Shown: positions 38,195 to 52,244, counted from the whole stretch's first letter. The stretch: 62,928 nucleotides of DNA, filler included, from Reclinomonas americana ATCC 50394 (GCA_048213135.1; 4 parts of 4 records of this genome joined end to end with filler, not necessarily neighbours in it); one strand, 5' to 3'. The notes: generated by a model from the letters alone, not told the origin. Numbers and translations: made by a program.

Positions 38195-41100
38195 ATGAGT
38201 GATGACACAAGGTGCGTCTTCTCTCTGTGTGTGTGTGCTTGTGTGCGTGCGTGCTCATGGTGGTGGTGGTGGCGGTGGGAGCACAGACCATCGGGGCTGG
38301 AGAATGCCCTGCGACGAGACTCGGCGGCGAGTCTCTCCAGCCCCGGATCCATGTCGTCGTCGCCACTCATTCAACGCGCATCACCGCCCGCTCGTGTGGA
38401 CGATGAGAGTTGCGCACACGTGTGTGTGTGTGCATACATCGCACAATTCGCTTTTGCTCACCTCGAATTCACTGGCAGCGGCCTCGCACCAGACGGTGAG
38501 CTCATTCGAGAAGGCGCAGCAGACGGAGATCAGCACGGCCAAGGCGAATCGGCGAGCTCGTGGTGGCGGCAGTCGTGTTCCACGTTGCGCTCACTCCCAC
38601 TCCTGCTCCTCCCTTTTCCCCCACTTGACCAAACACACGAATGCGCAGAACCCGCCGTCAAACCCGTTCTCTTTCCGCGCCGTCTCGAGGACCTCGGCAA
38701 GGTGGAGGTCGAGGAAGCCGTGGAAGGTGCGCTTCCTGTGCTCCCTCCTCACCCTCACCCTCCACAACCCTTCTCATTCTGTCACCAGTCACCAAGTCGC
38801 CGAAAGAGGGCGAGCAGGAGGCTGCCGATCTTGCCGCACGCATCAAGCTCGTGCGCGACATCCGGCGCGATATTATCCGCCGCTGGTCCATCGCCTTCGG
38901 CATCCTGATCTTTGTGGCGCTGGTTGTGTTCGTGCTGTGCATTGTGATCTCGGCCGGTCGCGCCGTGCCATCGACCAGCGGCAAGCTGGTGTTGCGACCG
39001 ATCGAAACCCTCGTCACTTCCATCACCAACTTTGTCACCTTCCTGCCGGGCGAAGTCTTCTTTCCGCGCGACGAATTCGAGTACATTTACGTCAACTACA
39101 CCGCCTACGTCGGGCGCCACCTGGTGATCGGTGAGTCGCCGTTCACCGGCAACTGGAACATTCTGCGCACGCTGGCGGTGAGCGACACGTCGCGAATCGG
39201 CGCTGCCGACATGGACAATGGTCTCTTGCGGGTGAACGGCCAGCTGCAGACGTTGCGCTCTTTGCTGCATCTGTGTCCCTTGCGCCACACCTGCTCTCAC
39301 TTGCTATCAGCGATGCAATCATCCTGGGCAACTTTCGCGTGTCGACTGGCTCCGGTTCCACCTTTCGGTTGGAGCGCAACACGGCCGCAGCCTTCAACGT
39401 CAAGAACGGTGGAGCGAACATTGAGGTGGGGCCGGGGTCCACCAACGTTGGCTTTGGCAGCACGGAGGCCGGCGCGTTGACCACCTTCAAGGGTGCGACC
39501 ACCTTTGACAACTCCATCAACTTTGACGGCATTCGCATCTCGCCCACCGGCATTGCACGCTTCACCGACAGTCTCACACCCGCTGTCAACTCCACGCTGA
39601 CACTCGATTCGGGTGCTCCCATGGGGTCGCGTGTGCTCATGCAGGGCGGTGAACGCGGCATTCGTGTCGGCACAAAACCGTCGCAGTATGTGACCGCAGG
39701 TGAGTGCCGTGGTGGGCGATCGCGGGAGCCAGAGTTCATGAAGAGTTGCTTACCCCCCACGTCTGCTCGCAGTCGGTCCTCTGCAGATCGAGGGCACCTC
39801 GCTCACACTCGGTCTCCCGAACGCCAATCACCTCATTTACGGCGCTCCACGCGCCACGGGTGCCGGACTGCCGTGGGTGTTCTCCGGACAGAGTGCACTC
39901 GGTGCGGGCCAGAACGGCGGCGACCTCTTTATCGACGGCGGCAGCGGATCCACGCCTGCCAACAGCGGCGGTGTGTCTATCGGCAGCTCGGTGCCGTCGG
40001 CCGTGCACATTGGCCGTCCGGCACCAACACCCACCATTGCGCCGACCATCACTCCCACAGCCGGCATGGGCACCACGCAGCTGACGGTGGCCTCCAGCAG
40101 TATCTCCACGTCGGCCATCCTGAGCATCGACGGCGACACAACCGCGGGCTGGAGCACTCTGCGACCGCGCACCGTGACGCAGGCGGCCACTGGCGTGCCG
40201 AACACGGCCATGGGCGCCGACCAGCTCGGCGACATGCGTCTCTCGTGCCAGGGTGGTTTCTCACTCGATGGTGGCACCGGTGCCGCCACCACCATGGCGG
40301 CCCCACTGGCCGGTCGTGGCACCGTGTTTGTGGGCACACAGACTCCACAAGTGCAGGTCGGCTCATCGTCGCGAACCGACACCACCACCAACTTCAGCGG
40401 CTCACAAATCAACATTGGCGACATGGCCAGTCAGCTCAATGTGGGCGGCAGGCAGTTCTCGGCCACCACCACCGCCAACATTTCGTTCACCGGCAGCAAT
40501 CTCACGTTTACGCCGAGCAGTGCCATGAATCTGGCAGTGGGCGCCCTCCGTCTGCAGGGCGGCATGACGGTGACGCTGGGCGGCCAGTCGGTCTATCTGT
40601 ACGGCCAGACGCTGAGCGTAGCCACGGGCTTCCCACTGACGCCCTCATCCACTGGAGCACTCACCCTCAGCGGCAAGGACGTGGCCGCCACGGCCTCCAC
40701 CAGCATGACACTCACGGCGCCGCTGGTGCAAGCCACGGCCACGCAGAGTGTCACCAACACCTCCACCACAGTCACCATGACGTCGCCAGTGAAGGTGCAA
40801 GTGGGATCCACTTCGGCACCTCTCACGGTGACGTCGGCTGCGGCCATGAATCTGCAACCACGCACACTCAGCTTTGCCAATACCGGCAATACCACCCTAA
40901 AGGTATATTTTGTATTTTTTGCATTGGTTCGTCTCTTCCCCTCCAACCCCTCACATACACGTGCCGCAGACCGCTGGCCCGCTGTCGCTGACAGCCAGCA
41001 CCGGAGCACTTTCCATGTCCACCAATCAGCAGCTGACAGTGACGGTGGCGGCGGCCACCACCATCAGCGCCAGCACGCAGCTGAACATGAATGCCAATAC

Positions 41101-44011
41101 CGTGTTCCTGCTGGCCACCAACATCAACACGCCGCTGCCGGCCACGTACCCGTCGTTGCAGCAGGCGCTGACTGCGTACGTGCCGCAGCGCATCACGGGC
41201 AACACACTGGCGCGCGTCTCCGGCACGCAGAGTCTCACCGCCACCTCCACCAGTGACTTGTTCTTCGACTCGGCCGGCACACTGACGGCATCGGCACCCT
41301 CCGGCACGCTGCGATACACAGCCACGAGGTCGCTATCGTTTGGCGCCATGCCGAATACTCCGGGAAACTCCACCACGCGCCTCAGCACCGTCACACTCAC
41401 GTCGCCCGCCACCAGCATGTCGGCCACCACCGCCACTGTTTCGCTGACGAGCCCGGTGATCAATGTCACCGGACCGACCATTACGCTGGGTGTGGATCCG
41501 GCCGCCAGTGGCGTGTCGTCGGACTCGATCCTGCTGCGCGGCGATACGCAGTTGACCATCACGGCCGCGACGCAACTGGCTCAAGCCATTGCCGTGGTCA
41601 TCAACAGTCCGTCCATCACAGTGCGCGGAACGACGCTGGCGTCGCTGGCCGCCACCGCCACCAGCATTCAGATCACTGCGCCGGCTAGTGCATGGACTGC
41701 CGGACGCACCATCCAGCAGACGAGCAGCAGCAGTGCCGTCCTCTTCCGCTCCACCACCGGCTCCGTCTCCATCAGCAGCGTGACGGTGACGGGCTCAAGC
41801 ACCACCGGCAATGGCGTCTTCACCGGTGGCTCCGGCGGCGCCTCGCTGAGCTCCACCACCGGCCCCGTAACGCTGACCGCCGGCAATGCCAGCGTGTCGA
41901 CAGGTACCGGTGGCCAACTGAGCATCACGGCCCCGGTCAGCGTGACCACGAATGCACAAGACATGACGTTCACCGCCAGCCCGCTGACCACCGATCTCGT
42001 CAACTTTCCCAACAATGTCGTCGTGTCGGGCACCGGCGGCGTCAGCCTGGTCGGAAGTGTTGCCGGCACGCACCAGGCCAGTGTCGACTGGCTGGTGGAC
42101 GCGCTGACTCGTGTCACGGCGCAGGGTGCGACGGGTCTCACGGCATCGACTGGTCGCACGTTGAATGTGTGCGCCACGCAGCTGCAGACGCAGTCGTCTT
42201 CCGTGTCGGCACTCACGCTCTCTTCCACGGCGAGCTCCATTACGGTGACGGGCACCAACTTTATCGCTGCTGCGTCGAGTGGCACCACTGGCACTGTTAC
42301 CGTGCAGCAGACCGGTGGAGTGCCGGCCTCCAGCACCATGACCATCACCACTGCCGGCTCGGTGCTGATGCCGCCCACCACCGATCCACGCACCTCGCCT
42401 CCGTTTGCCCTGCCGACGTCGGTGACCTGGACAGCCACGGCGCCGACCATCTCCATTGTTGGCACCACGCTCAATCTGCAAGGACGACTGTGGCGAGTCA
42501 ACGGTGTGTTGCAGCTGCTGATGCAGCCGTCGCCGTCGGCCAGCGGCTTTCGACTTGGATTGCGCGGCATTGTTGGCGTTGCCGGCAGCGCGTCGCTCAG
42601 CGTTCTCGGACCGGGCGACGTGGGCATCGAGGCCGGCGTCGGCACAACAATGACACCGACCGCTGTGCAAGCCGGCAACATTTCACTCGGACCCAGTGCA
42701 CGCATCCTCACGCTGGCCAACCGCACGGGGTACGTACGCTACTCTGGCTTGCTGGTGATGGATAGGACTGCTGGTGGCTCACCGCGTGTCTCACAGAGCG
42801 GGAATCAGCATCTCGGGCACATTTGTGCCGTCGTCCGTGATTGAACTCGGCGAAGGCGGCATCACCTCGCCGTCAGCCACACGTCGCCTGATTGGACCCA
42901 GCACCGGCGACCTGCGCATTCGTGCGCAGCAGACGACCACTGGAACCACTGGCGGCAATCTGCGTCTGCTAGGTGGCACCACCTCGGATGCCTCTGGCTT
43001 TACAGGTTGGAGTCGCCACTGCGTGTGGCTGCATTGCCGTCACGCTCGGTCTGACTGCTGTACGCACAGGATCAATCTTCATCGGCAACGCCTCCTCTGT
43101 GGTGGTTCTCGGCCGAGCAACCACCGGCTCGGTGGTACAGATGCAATCGACCAGTATCAATGTGTTGTTGAGTTCGGCTGGCGCGTTCACCATCACCCGC
43201 CCGCTGCCGTCGTCCACGAATGGTCCCACCACCGCCACCACTTTCAGCGGACAGGCAAACAGTCTTGGTGCGTGTCGTAGGATGACCATCGCGCGCGCGC
43301 GCGCGTCTCTTTCTTTCTCTTTCTCACTCACTCGGCATCTTGCAGGAAACGGCGGCGATATCACTGTTCGCAGTCGTTCGACACTCACCGTGTCCAGTGG
43401 CACCACCGGCGGCGCAATTCAGCTGCTGGCCGGCGTGTCGTCGGCCAACACCGAAAGCACCAATGGCCATGTGGTGATTGGCAGCGCGGCGACCACCACT
43501 GCCACGCTCACCGGTAGTGCAGTGAGCACCGGAGGTTCGCGCAAATATAACCTTCTTCACACACTTCGCCCACTCACGTCGCCATAACTGCGCAGGGCGG
43601 CTGGTGATTGCGGGCTACACCATCATGCAGGATGCAATTGCTTCTGTGTGGTTCCCAGCCAATGGCCTGCGCGTCGTCAAGTACACCTACACTGTAACAT
43701 CGGCGTTCCTCACCGGGCAAGCCAATCTGGTGTCGTTCCCGCACGGCAGTCCCGGCGGCGTGCCGGTCGGCGCACCCGTCAACACCTTTACGCCCAACGT
43801 GCAGCCGCTATGGTTCGAGCGATTCACATGGGGCTACTACAACCCCAGCACCGACACCTACGTCAGCGGCAACAATACGGGCGCCTTTGTCGTGGTCGGC
43901 ACCACGAACAATATTCTCATCACCCGCATGTCGACCACGGATCGCGGCGTCTCCACCGACGGCGTCATCATCAAGGTCATAGTGTGGTACCAGAAGACGC
44001 CATTCGGCTAA
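38195..44011 (+). CDS. Very large Thr/Ser/Gly-rich type II membrane protein with a predicted beta-strand-rich ectodomain
   Basis: Spliced exons give a short N-terminus, one TM (WSIAFGILIFVALVVFVLCIVISAG), then well over 1000 aa of T/S/G/A/V-rich sequence with GGDLFIDGG, GGNLRLLGG and GGAIQLLAG motifs. Confidence 0.7.
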
Positions 44012-44710
44012 TCGAAACGTTGTAAAGTAACGAAAACCATAATGTGTTATCAAAACAGGTCACGTCAGTCTCTTCAATTTCGTTCACACACTGCCGGTGG
44101 CGCGCAACCTTGACGGTGGGCCCTGGTCACGCTTCAGCGCATCATCGGAGGAGTGGAAGCGCTCCGAGCTGCTGCCGTTGCTGCTGGCATACGAGCCCTT
44201 GGGCGACGGCGGCGGAATCACGCCCTTGCCGAGCAGCGATGCGATGCTCGCATTCGACGAAGTGAAATGCGACAGCCGGTGGTACAGTTCGTCATCCTAC
44301 GCACGCACATACACACATGCACACACACACACGCACACACACACGCGACACAACACACACCACGCCACAAGAAATCGGCGGCGAGGCGCGCAGCAGGAGC
44401 AACAGGAGGAGAAAGAGTAAAAGAACGGGGGACAAGCGACACAAACAGAGCAAACAATGCAAACACACACACACACACAAACAAACAACACACACATTAT
44501 CAAACAGAGCGATATCTTCGTAGGGGGGATGTGTACGCGGGTGACGCGGAGTGGGTGCAGTAGTAGCTCTACACCACGCCGTCGCCAAGACGATGACACG
44601 CACACACACAATTATGATCAAGTAAAGACAATTGGGAAAAATAGAGTTTAGAGTGGGAGGGATTAGGGGGGGAAAGAGGAGGAGAGTGAGAGGGAGAAGG
44701 AAAAGGTCGA

Positions 44711-44974
44711 CTACAGCACAGCACTCGGCGCAGCCCGCGGTGGCGGGCTGACCAGTGCAGGCTCCGTCGACCTGTAGGAAGGATGCCCATGGGAATTGAT
44801 AATCAGACTGCTGCGAGAGCTCGGCTGCCAGACGGACGCACATGGAACCATGCAAACACACCACACGACACGACACGACACGACACACACACACAACACA
44901 AATACAGCAAAAATCAACGATCGATCATTATTACGGTAAACGGGTGTGTGACAGTGGCTCACTGAGCAAGCGAG

Positions 44975-45008
<34 letters not shown>

Positions 45009-48000
45009 CAAGCAAGGGAACAAAAGAGTGTTCGACTACCCCCCACAGATGCCAAAGTGTACAATGTGTGCGCACACCACCACTCACCTCTGACTCGCCG
45101 AGTTTTCGCTTAAACTTCTGCGCCTCCAGGAACGCTTCCTGCGCCACCATGGCATCCGTCGGCCAGAATCGCCGCCGCAAACTGCATCACAGGTGAGACA
45201 AGCCGCCAAGACGATCACGGGTAAGCATCATACTGAGCGACGCACTATTTGAGGGCAAAGTCGGGTGCGAGGCAGGCCACCGTGAGCAACAGCAGCAAGA
45301 GCCAGAACTGGAGACAGGAGGCCAGATATACTGCAGGAGTGCGGGTGAGTAGGGGTGACATCAGAGGTACTGACAGTCATCAAATAGAAAAAAAACTCAC
45401 CAAGAATCCAATACATGTTGGACTGGCCAAAGATTGTCGGAATCAACGAGTACAACGTGACAATGATGTAGTAGCAGATCAATGATCCCCACAGGAAGAA
45501 ATGATTAAGCCACACCCAGCATCTTGGCAGCAGAAAGAAACCAAATGAGTTGAAACATGAACGTATCGCACAAATTCGAGCAGTCGCGCGTACCTTGTCT
45601 CCAGCGCGCACTTGAGCAGCGCCACTGTAATGACAATCGAGCAATTGGCGGTGCCCTTGGCGAACAGACCCGATGTACGTGCGCTGTCCACGAGGCTATC
45701 GGATTCCACGACCAGAATCATTCCAAAGTAAATGACTGCAGCAGCGAGTATTGCCGAGTGAGCACAGAGAGACGTAGGGGGGAGGGGGACNNNNNNNNNN
45801 NNNNNNNNNNACACAAGGACAGCGGTGTTGTCGCAACTGAATGAATGCCATACGGAGGCAAACATCCACACTCCCAGAGTCTTCGTATTAAAGATTCGAC
45901 CCTTGCGATACGGAATGAACAGCAGTGGCTCCTGCGTACAGCCACATCAGTGAGACTGGTTTGGCGGACCACCTCAATCAATCAAAAGCAGACGCAACAG
46001 CCATCGCGGCCTCAGGGTCGAGATCGCGCTCAAACAGGCCGAGAATGAGTGGCGGCCAGCTCGTGAAGACCACGTTGTAGAGTGTGAAGAGCCACGAGTC
46101 GTACAGCAGCTGCGCCGAGAAGCCGCAGTACAGCGCAAAGAAGAAGAGCGTCACCGACACCATGGCGTTCTTGTAGATCGAGTACTCGATCACAGTCGTG
46201 TTGCGCAGGTACGAGAATCGACCGTGAACAGCCAGAAGTCGTTGCAGTTTGCTGANNNNNNNNNNNNNNNNNNNNNNNNNNNNNNNNNNNNNNNNNNNNN
46301 NNNNNNNNNNNNNNNNNNNNNNNNNNNNNNNNNNNNNNNNNNNNNNNNNNNNNNNNNNNNNNNNNNNNNNNNNNNNNNNNNNNNNNNNNNNNNNNNNNNN
46401 NNNNNNNNNNNNNNNNNNNNNNNNNNNNNNNNNNNNNNNNNNNNNNNNNNNNNNNNNNNNNNNNNNNNNNNNNNNNNNNNNNNNNNNNNNNNNNNNNNNN
46501 NNNNNNNNNNNNNNNNNNNNNNNNNNNNNNNNNNNNNNNNNNNNNNNNNNNNNNNNNNNNNNNNNNNNNNNNNNNNNNNNNNNNNNNNNNNNNNNNNNNN
46601 NNNNNNNNNNNNNNNNNNNNNNNNNNNNNNNNNNNNNNNNNNNNNNNNNNNNNNNNNNNNNNNNNNNNNNNNNNNNNNNNNNNNNNNNNNNNNNNNNNNN
46701 NNNNNNNNNNNNNNNNNNNNNNNNNNNNNNNNNNNNNNNNNNNNNNNNNNNNNNNNNNNNNNNNNNNNNNNNNNNNNNNNNNNNNNNNNNNNNNNNNNNN
46801 NNNNNNNNNNNNNNNNNNNNNNNNNNNNNNNNNNNNNNNNNNNNNNNNNNNNNNNNNNNNNNNNNNNNNNNNNNNNNNNNNNNNNNNNNNNNNNNNNNNN
46901 NNNNNNNNNNNNNNNNNNNNNNNNNNNNNNNNNNNNNNNNNNNNNNNNNNNNNNNNNNNNNNNNNNNNNNNNNNNNNNNNNNNNNNNNNNNNNNNNNNNN
47001 NNNNNNNNNNNNNNNNNNNNNNNNNNNNNNNNNNNNNNNNNNNNNNNNNNNNNNNNNNNNNNNNNNNNNNNNNNNNNNNNNNNNNNNNNNNNNNNNNNNN
47101 NNNNNNNNNNNNNNNNNNAACCACCACCAACACCAACAACAGTGAGTGGGCGACGACGACAATAATGATGGAGAAAAGTGTGTGATCGCACCTGAATTCG
47201 GGAATGGCAAAATCGGCCGCGCGCGCAGCCTGCGCACCCTCGCGACCAATCACACCAACGCCGACCTTGGCCTCCTGAATCATCGACACGTCGTTTGCGC
47301 CGTCACCAATGCCCAGGCCAATCTTGCCGCGCTGTGTTTGAACCAGCTCCACCACCTAACACAGTCATTTTCGCCAGGTGAGGGCATGCAGCAACGTGCG
47401 TGTCACAGCACCAACACACACACAAAATACCTTGGATTTTTGCAGCGGCGTGGCGCGACAGCAAATGGCACTCTCGCACAAATCGCACAGATCAAGGAAC
47501 AAGTCGGACCACTCGGACAGGGCAAACTTGAGCGAGGCACCGTCGATAATGAGGGCGAATCCGGTAGGGAACTCGTGCGGTCCGCCGGCGAACACCATCT
47601 TGGAGGCGTCGTGCGTGTGCGGTTCGACCACGGACGAAATGGAATCGGCACGATCCGGAAGCATTGCATCCAGTGACGGGATACCACTGTTGACACGCGG
47701 TGGACCACCACGCTGACTCGCTCCGCGATGCACGCCAAGAGGCGACACGTCTGGTGGACTGGCGGCGCCAGCAGGAACAGGACCTGGTGGCGGCTGTGCA
47801 ATGTGCCGCTTCGAGCGGCGACCGGTGCCGCTGCCAATGCCCTCCAGCGGGTCACCCAATTGCTGGCCCTCCTTCAGCGCCACAATGGCACGGATGGTAG
47901 CAATGTGGGAGCGCAGCTGGTCACCACATGCCTGCGCCGAGTCGGCCGAAATGTGGCAGAGACCCATGGTGGACGACAGCAAGTGGCACGAGTGTCCAAT

Positions 48001-49458
48001 GTTGACAGCCGTCTCACGCTTGTCGCCCGTCAGCACCCACACCGACATGCCAGCCTGAGGGAGATAAAAAGGGAGAAGAGTAAGCATCAGCGCGAGCACC
48101 CCCACTTGGTATCACCATCCACTCACCTCACGCAGCCAGGAAATCGTCTCCGGCACGTACTCTTGCAGGCGATCCTCAATGGCCGAGCAGCCAATCAGGT
48201 CCAAGTCTTGCTCCAGCTCGTCGTAGAGGCGATTGAGACGGCGCTCGCGATCGACCATGGCCAAGTCGGCATCGGTGTGTGCTTGCAGCCATCGATCAAA
48301 CATTTCCGGATCCAGTCGACGTGAGCACATGACCAGTGTGCGCAGACCCTATAGTTTCGCAGGACATTGCGTGAGTTCATGCGAGGACCGTGTCGTCGAA
48401 TACCCGAGATACACACCTCCTTTGCAAACGATTGCAACGAAAAGTACGCTTGCGTCTTGTGCGCCAGGTCTCCGTGAGCCGAGAGGCGCGGCAGCATCAC
48501 CGAGTCAGCGCCCTTGGAATACATGATGATTTCGCCAGTCGGGGCACGCAGCACAATCGACATGCGCTTTCGATCCGAGGAGAACTCGAGGGTGGCCAGA
48601 ATCTGGTATTCTTCCTCGCGACCTGTCACGAAAAAAAGTGAGAAAAGAGAGAGAGAGGGTGGGGAGTGAGGAATGAGAGAGCACACGAACCCAGTACATC
48701 AATGGTCATTGTGCGGTACGACCTCTTGAGCAGCACAAAGTCGTTTTGGCGAGCGGCAAGCACCAGCGCCACCTCGTCTGTACTCTGCGCCTCGTATGTG
48801 ATTTCTGTCACAGAAACCGCATGTGAGTGACACAGACGCATGCTTTGACAGCGCCAACAAATAAAAAACAGACGCACCACCAGTATCCTCATCCGCCTCG
48901 GGCACCACAGTGTGGCACAGGGCGAGCGACCGCAAGTACTCCTCGACAATCATGTGTTGGGTGCGTGTCAGCGTGCCAAACTGCAATGCTTGTCGCAGGC
49001 CGCCTGGTCTTATCAGCTCGTTGTGCTCGAGACCGGCCATGGCGCACGATGCGAATCGCATCACATTCTGCGTCAGCGTGCCCGTCTTGTCGCTGAAAAT
49101 GAAATCAACCTGCGAGGGGGGACAGGGGAGGGAGGGGGAAGGAAAAGGCGTAAACATCACCGCCGCCGCCACCACCACGAAGAAAAAATAAAGGTCGAAA
49201 CACACACACATACCAGCGCCAACTCGTCGTTGAGGTTGGAGGTCTTGGCGCGCATGCGCACGTCGCCGAGGTTCATCTTCGGGTCCCACTCCATGAAACG
49301 CGCTTGCATGTACTTGGTCAACTCCAGAGTGACGAAGAGCGAGATCGGGATAAAGTACGAGTAGAGGATAAAGTGCGTCAGGCACAACTTGAAGAAGAAG
49401 AAGCCGCCGGCACCCTCGTTCTCCTGAATGTAGAACGAGTAGCGACCGGTGGAATTCT
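44711..49458 (-). CDS. P4-type ATPase (phospholipid flippase), 5' truncated, multi-exon
   Basis: [88 protein letters not shown]. Confidence 0.95.
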
Positions 49459-49555
49459 GCGGCACGCAAAGCAACAGCAGCAGTGAGTGAGTGAGGGAAG
49501 AGACGTAAAAGNNNNNNNNNNNNNNNNNNNNNNNNNNNNNNNNNNNNNNNNNNNN

Positions 49556-49567
49556 TTAATTAATTAA
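49556..49567. other. Artificial scaffold linker
   Basis: TTAATTAATTAA flanked by N runs. Confidence 0.95.
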
Positions 49568-50405
49568 NNNNNNNNNNNNNNNNNNNNNNNNNNNNNNNNN
49601 NNNNNNNNNNNAGCCTGTGTGATTCCTCCTACTGCACTCCTGTTCTTGTTTCTCTCTCTGTCGTTCTAGTCTCACTCGATATGATTCTGTCTGCTTTTCA
49701 CTCATTCGTCCACCTTTGTACCGCACTTGTTTTATTTCTGTTCGCCAATCTTTTCTGCACGAAACTCCATTCTCCTCTTCCGTGTCCTCTCTTTCTCTTT
49801 TCTGTTCCTCTCCTCCCTTCCTCTTCTCCTCTCAGTCCTCCTCATTCCTCCCGCACTCCAGCATTCACTCACTCGATGATTCTGTCTGCTTTACTCCTTT
49901 CTTTGACTTCTCTGTCCCCTCCTTCTCGTAGTCTCTCTGTCGAAGTACTCTTGCTTTCCTTTGCTGTCTTCGTCGTTCCTCCCGTCCTCCTCACTCCTTT
50001 CATGCCTGTATTGTCTTCTTGTTCTCTGCCTCCTCGTCTCCTCTCATGCTCCTGTCTTCTCAATCCTGTAGTTGTCTTCTCCTCTCGTGTTTCCGCTCGC
50101 ACTCCTGATTTCTAATACCTCTATTTGTCTTCTCTTTCCTCTCTCCCTCTCGCTCGTCTTCTTCTTCCTCTTCTCCTCTCTTCCTCCTCGCTTGATTTCG
50201 CTCGCACATTCTCTGTCACACGCGCTCCTGATACTGCGTGTTCTCTAGTCGTCTTCTCCCTTTCTTCCTGGTCTCCTCTGTTCCTCTCCTCTCTTTCTCT
50301 CCTCCCTTCCTCTCCTCTCTTCCTCTCCTCTCTTCCTCTTCTCCTCCCTTCCTCCCTTCCTTTTCCCTCCTCTCTTCGCCCCTCCAACCTTTTGTGCTTC
50401 CACAG

Positions 50406-51139
50406 GCCGCTGGTCTGCCCCTCCCCAAGCAAATCGTGGCGCACGGCTGGTGGACCAAGGACGGCAAGAAGATCTCCAAGAGCACCGGCAACAACTTCGA
50501 CCCCAGCGAGACGGCGCGTGAGTACGGCCTCGACGCCCTGCGCTACTTCTTGGTGCGCGAGAGCACCATTGAGAGCGACGGCGACTACACGGAGGGCTCG
50601 ATGAAGGCACATTTGAACGGCGAGCTGGCCGAGAACCTCGGCAACCTGGTGCGCACTCGCGGTTTTCAATCTTGTTACTTTGTTTGTTCTCACGATTGTC
50701 GTTTGCAGTTCTGCCGCTGCAAGGCGGAGAAGCTGAACCCGTCCATGACGGTGCCTGCACCTGGCCCGTACACGGCCGTCGATCAGGCCATTATCGAGGC
50801 GGCGAGCAGCTTGCCTGGTGCGTCACAGCTTGCAGAGACACTCGTTTTATCTCATTCTTTTAGTTCTTACTCTCCCCACACCTCCTTCGCCCTCACCCAC
50901 TCACTTCCCCTTTCGCAGGATTCGTGGACCACTACATGCTGACTCTGTCGCGCACCAACGAGGCGCTAGCAGAGGTGTTTGTCGTCTGCAGCGAGATCAA
51001 CCGCTACGTGCAGAACGAGGCGCCGTGGAAGCTGGCGCGCGTGGCTTCCTCTGATCCGGCAGCACAGCAGCGACTGGTTAGTGTTGCCGCTTCTGCTTTT
51101 CACTCTCGTTCGCTCTCTCTCTCTCTCTCACGCACACAC

Positions 51140-51189
<50 letters not shown>

Positions 51190-52065
51190 TCTCTCTGCTG
51201 TTTTTAACTCCTCTTTGTGCACGCAAATCTGCCGTCTTCTCGTTATTCACTTCACTCTCTCTTTTCTCTCCCGTTGACACCATCGGATTCACTTTATCAC
51301 TGACTCGGGCACCGCCTTATCCAACTCCACTACCTCGCATGCATTCTCTCTCTCCCATTCTCATTCCTGTCATCTCTTTGTGCGTCTTCTATCTCTCTGT
51401 TTCCGTCTCGTTTGACGCAATCGCACTCACTTTGTCACTGACTCAGTAATCGCCAAATCTACCTCGCACGTATTCTCTCTCTCCCATCTCTCGTCTGGCA
51501 TCTCTTTTCTCTATTCTGTTTCTCTCTGTTTTCTCCCGTTAACGCAATCGCACTCAGTTTGTTACTTACTCAGTCAACGCCTTATCCAACTCTACCTCGC
51601 ACCCATACTCTATCGCCCATCTCTCTCCTGTCACTTGTCCATGTGTTCCGCCTCACTCGCTGTCCGTCTCACTCCCTTTCCCTCTCCCTCTCCCTCTCCC
51701 TCTCCCTCTTTCTCTTTTTTCCCTCTCCCTCTTTCTCTTTTTTCCCTCTCCCTCCCTTTCCCTCTCCCCTTCCCCCTCTCAACCCTTTCCCTTCATAGAA
51801 CACCGTCCTGTACGTCATGATGGAGAGCGTCCGCCTGGTGGCCACCTGCCTGGCCCCGGTGATGCCCATCACCTCGGAGCGCATGGTGCAGCACCTCGGT
51901 CTGCCGGCCCCCGCTGGCTACTCACTGGAGTGGGGTGCCCTGCCGCCGGGCGCACCCGTGGAGCGCGAGGCATGGATCCCATTCGAGAAGAAGTTGGACG
52001 CTGACCCGGCCGCCGCCGCCTCGGCCGCCGCCGGCTCCGCAAGTGGCAGCAAGGCCCCCAAATAA
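50406..52065 (+). CDS. Methionyl-tRNA synthetase (MetRS1 type), last 4 exons
   Basis: LPLPKQIVAHGWWTKDGKKISKSTGN, DALRYFLVRE, DGDY, ELAENLGNL, INRYVQNEAPWKL, LAPVMP. Confidence 0.92.
51268..51625. repeat. Three degenerate repeats of about 130 bp in a MetRS intron
   Basis: Recurring ATCGCACTCACTTTGTCACTGACTCAG...CTACCTCGCAC...TCTCCCATCTC variants. Confidence 0.65.
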
Positions 52066-52244
52066 TGTGTCGCGCAACTCAGCAGCGAAGAAGAAGAAGA
52101 GGAAGAAGAAGATGAAAGAAAGGCGTAAGGGCCGAGCTAGTTAATACACACAAACACGTATTTTGCACTGCGGATGCTGATAATCCTGGAATCTCTTTTC
52201 TTTTCTCTCTCTCTCTCCCTCTCTTTCTGGTCTCATTCGTCGTG

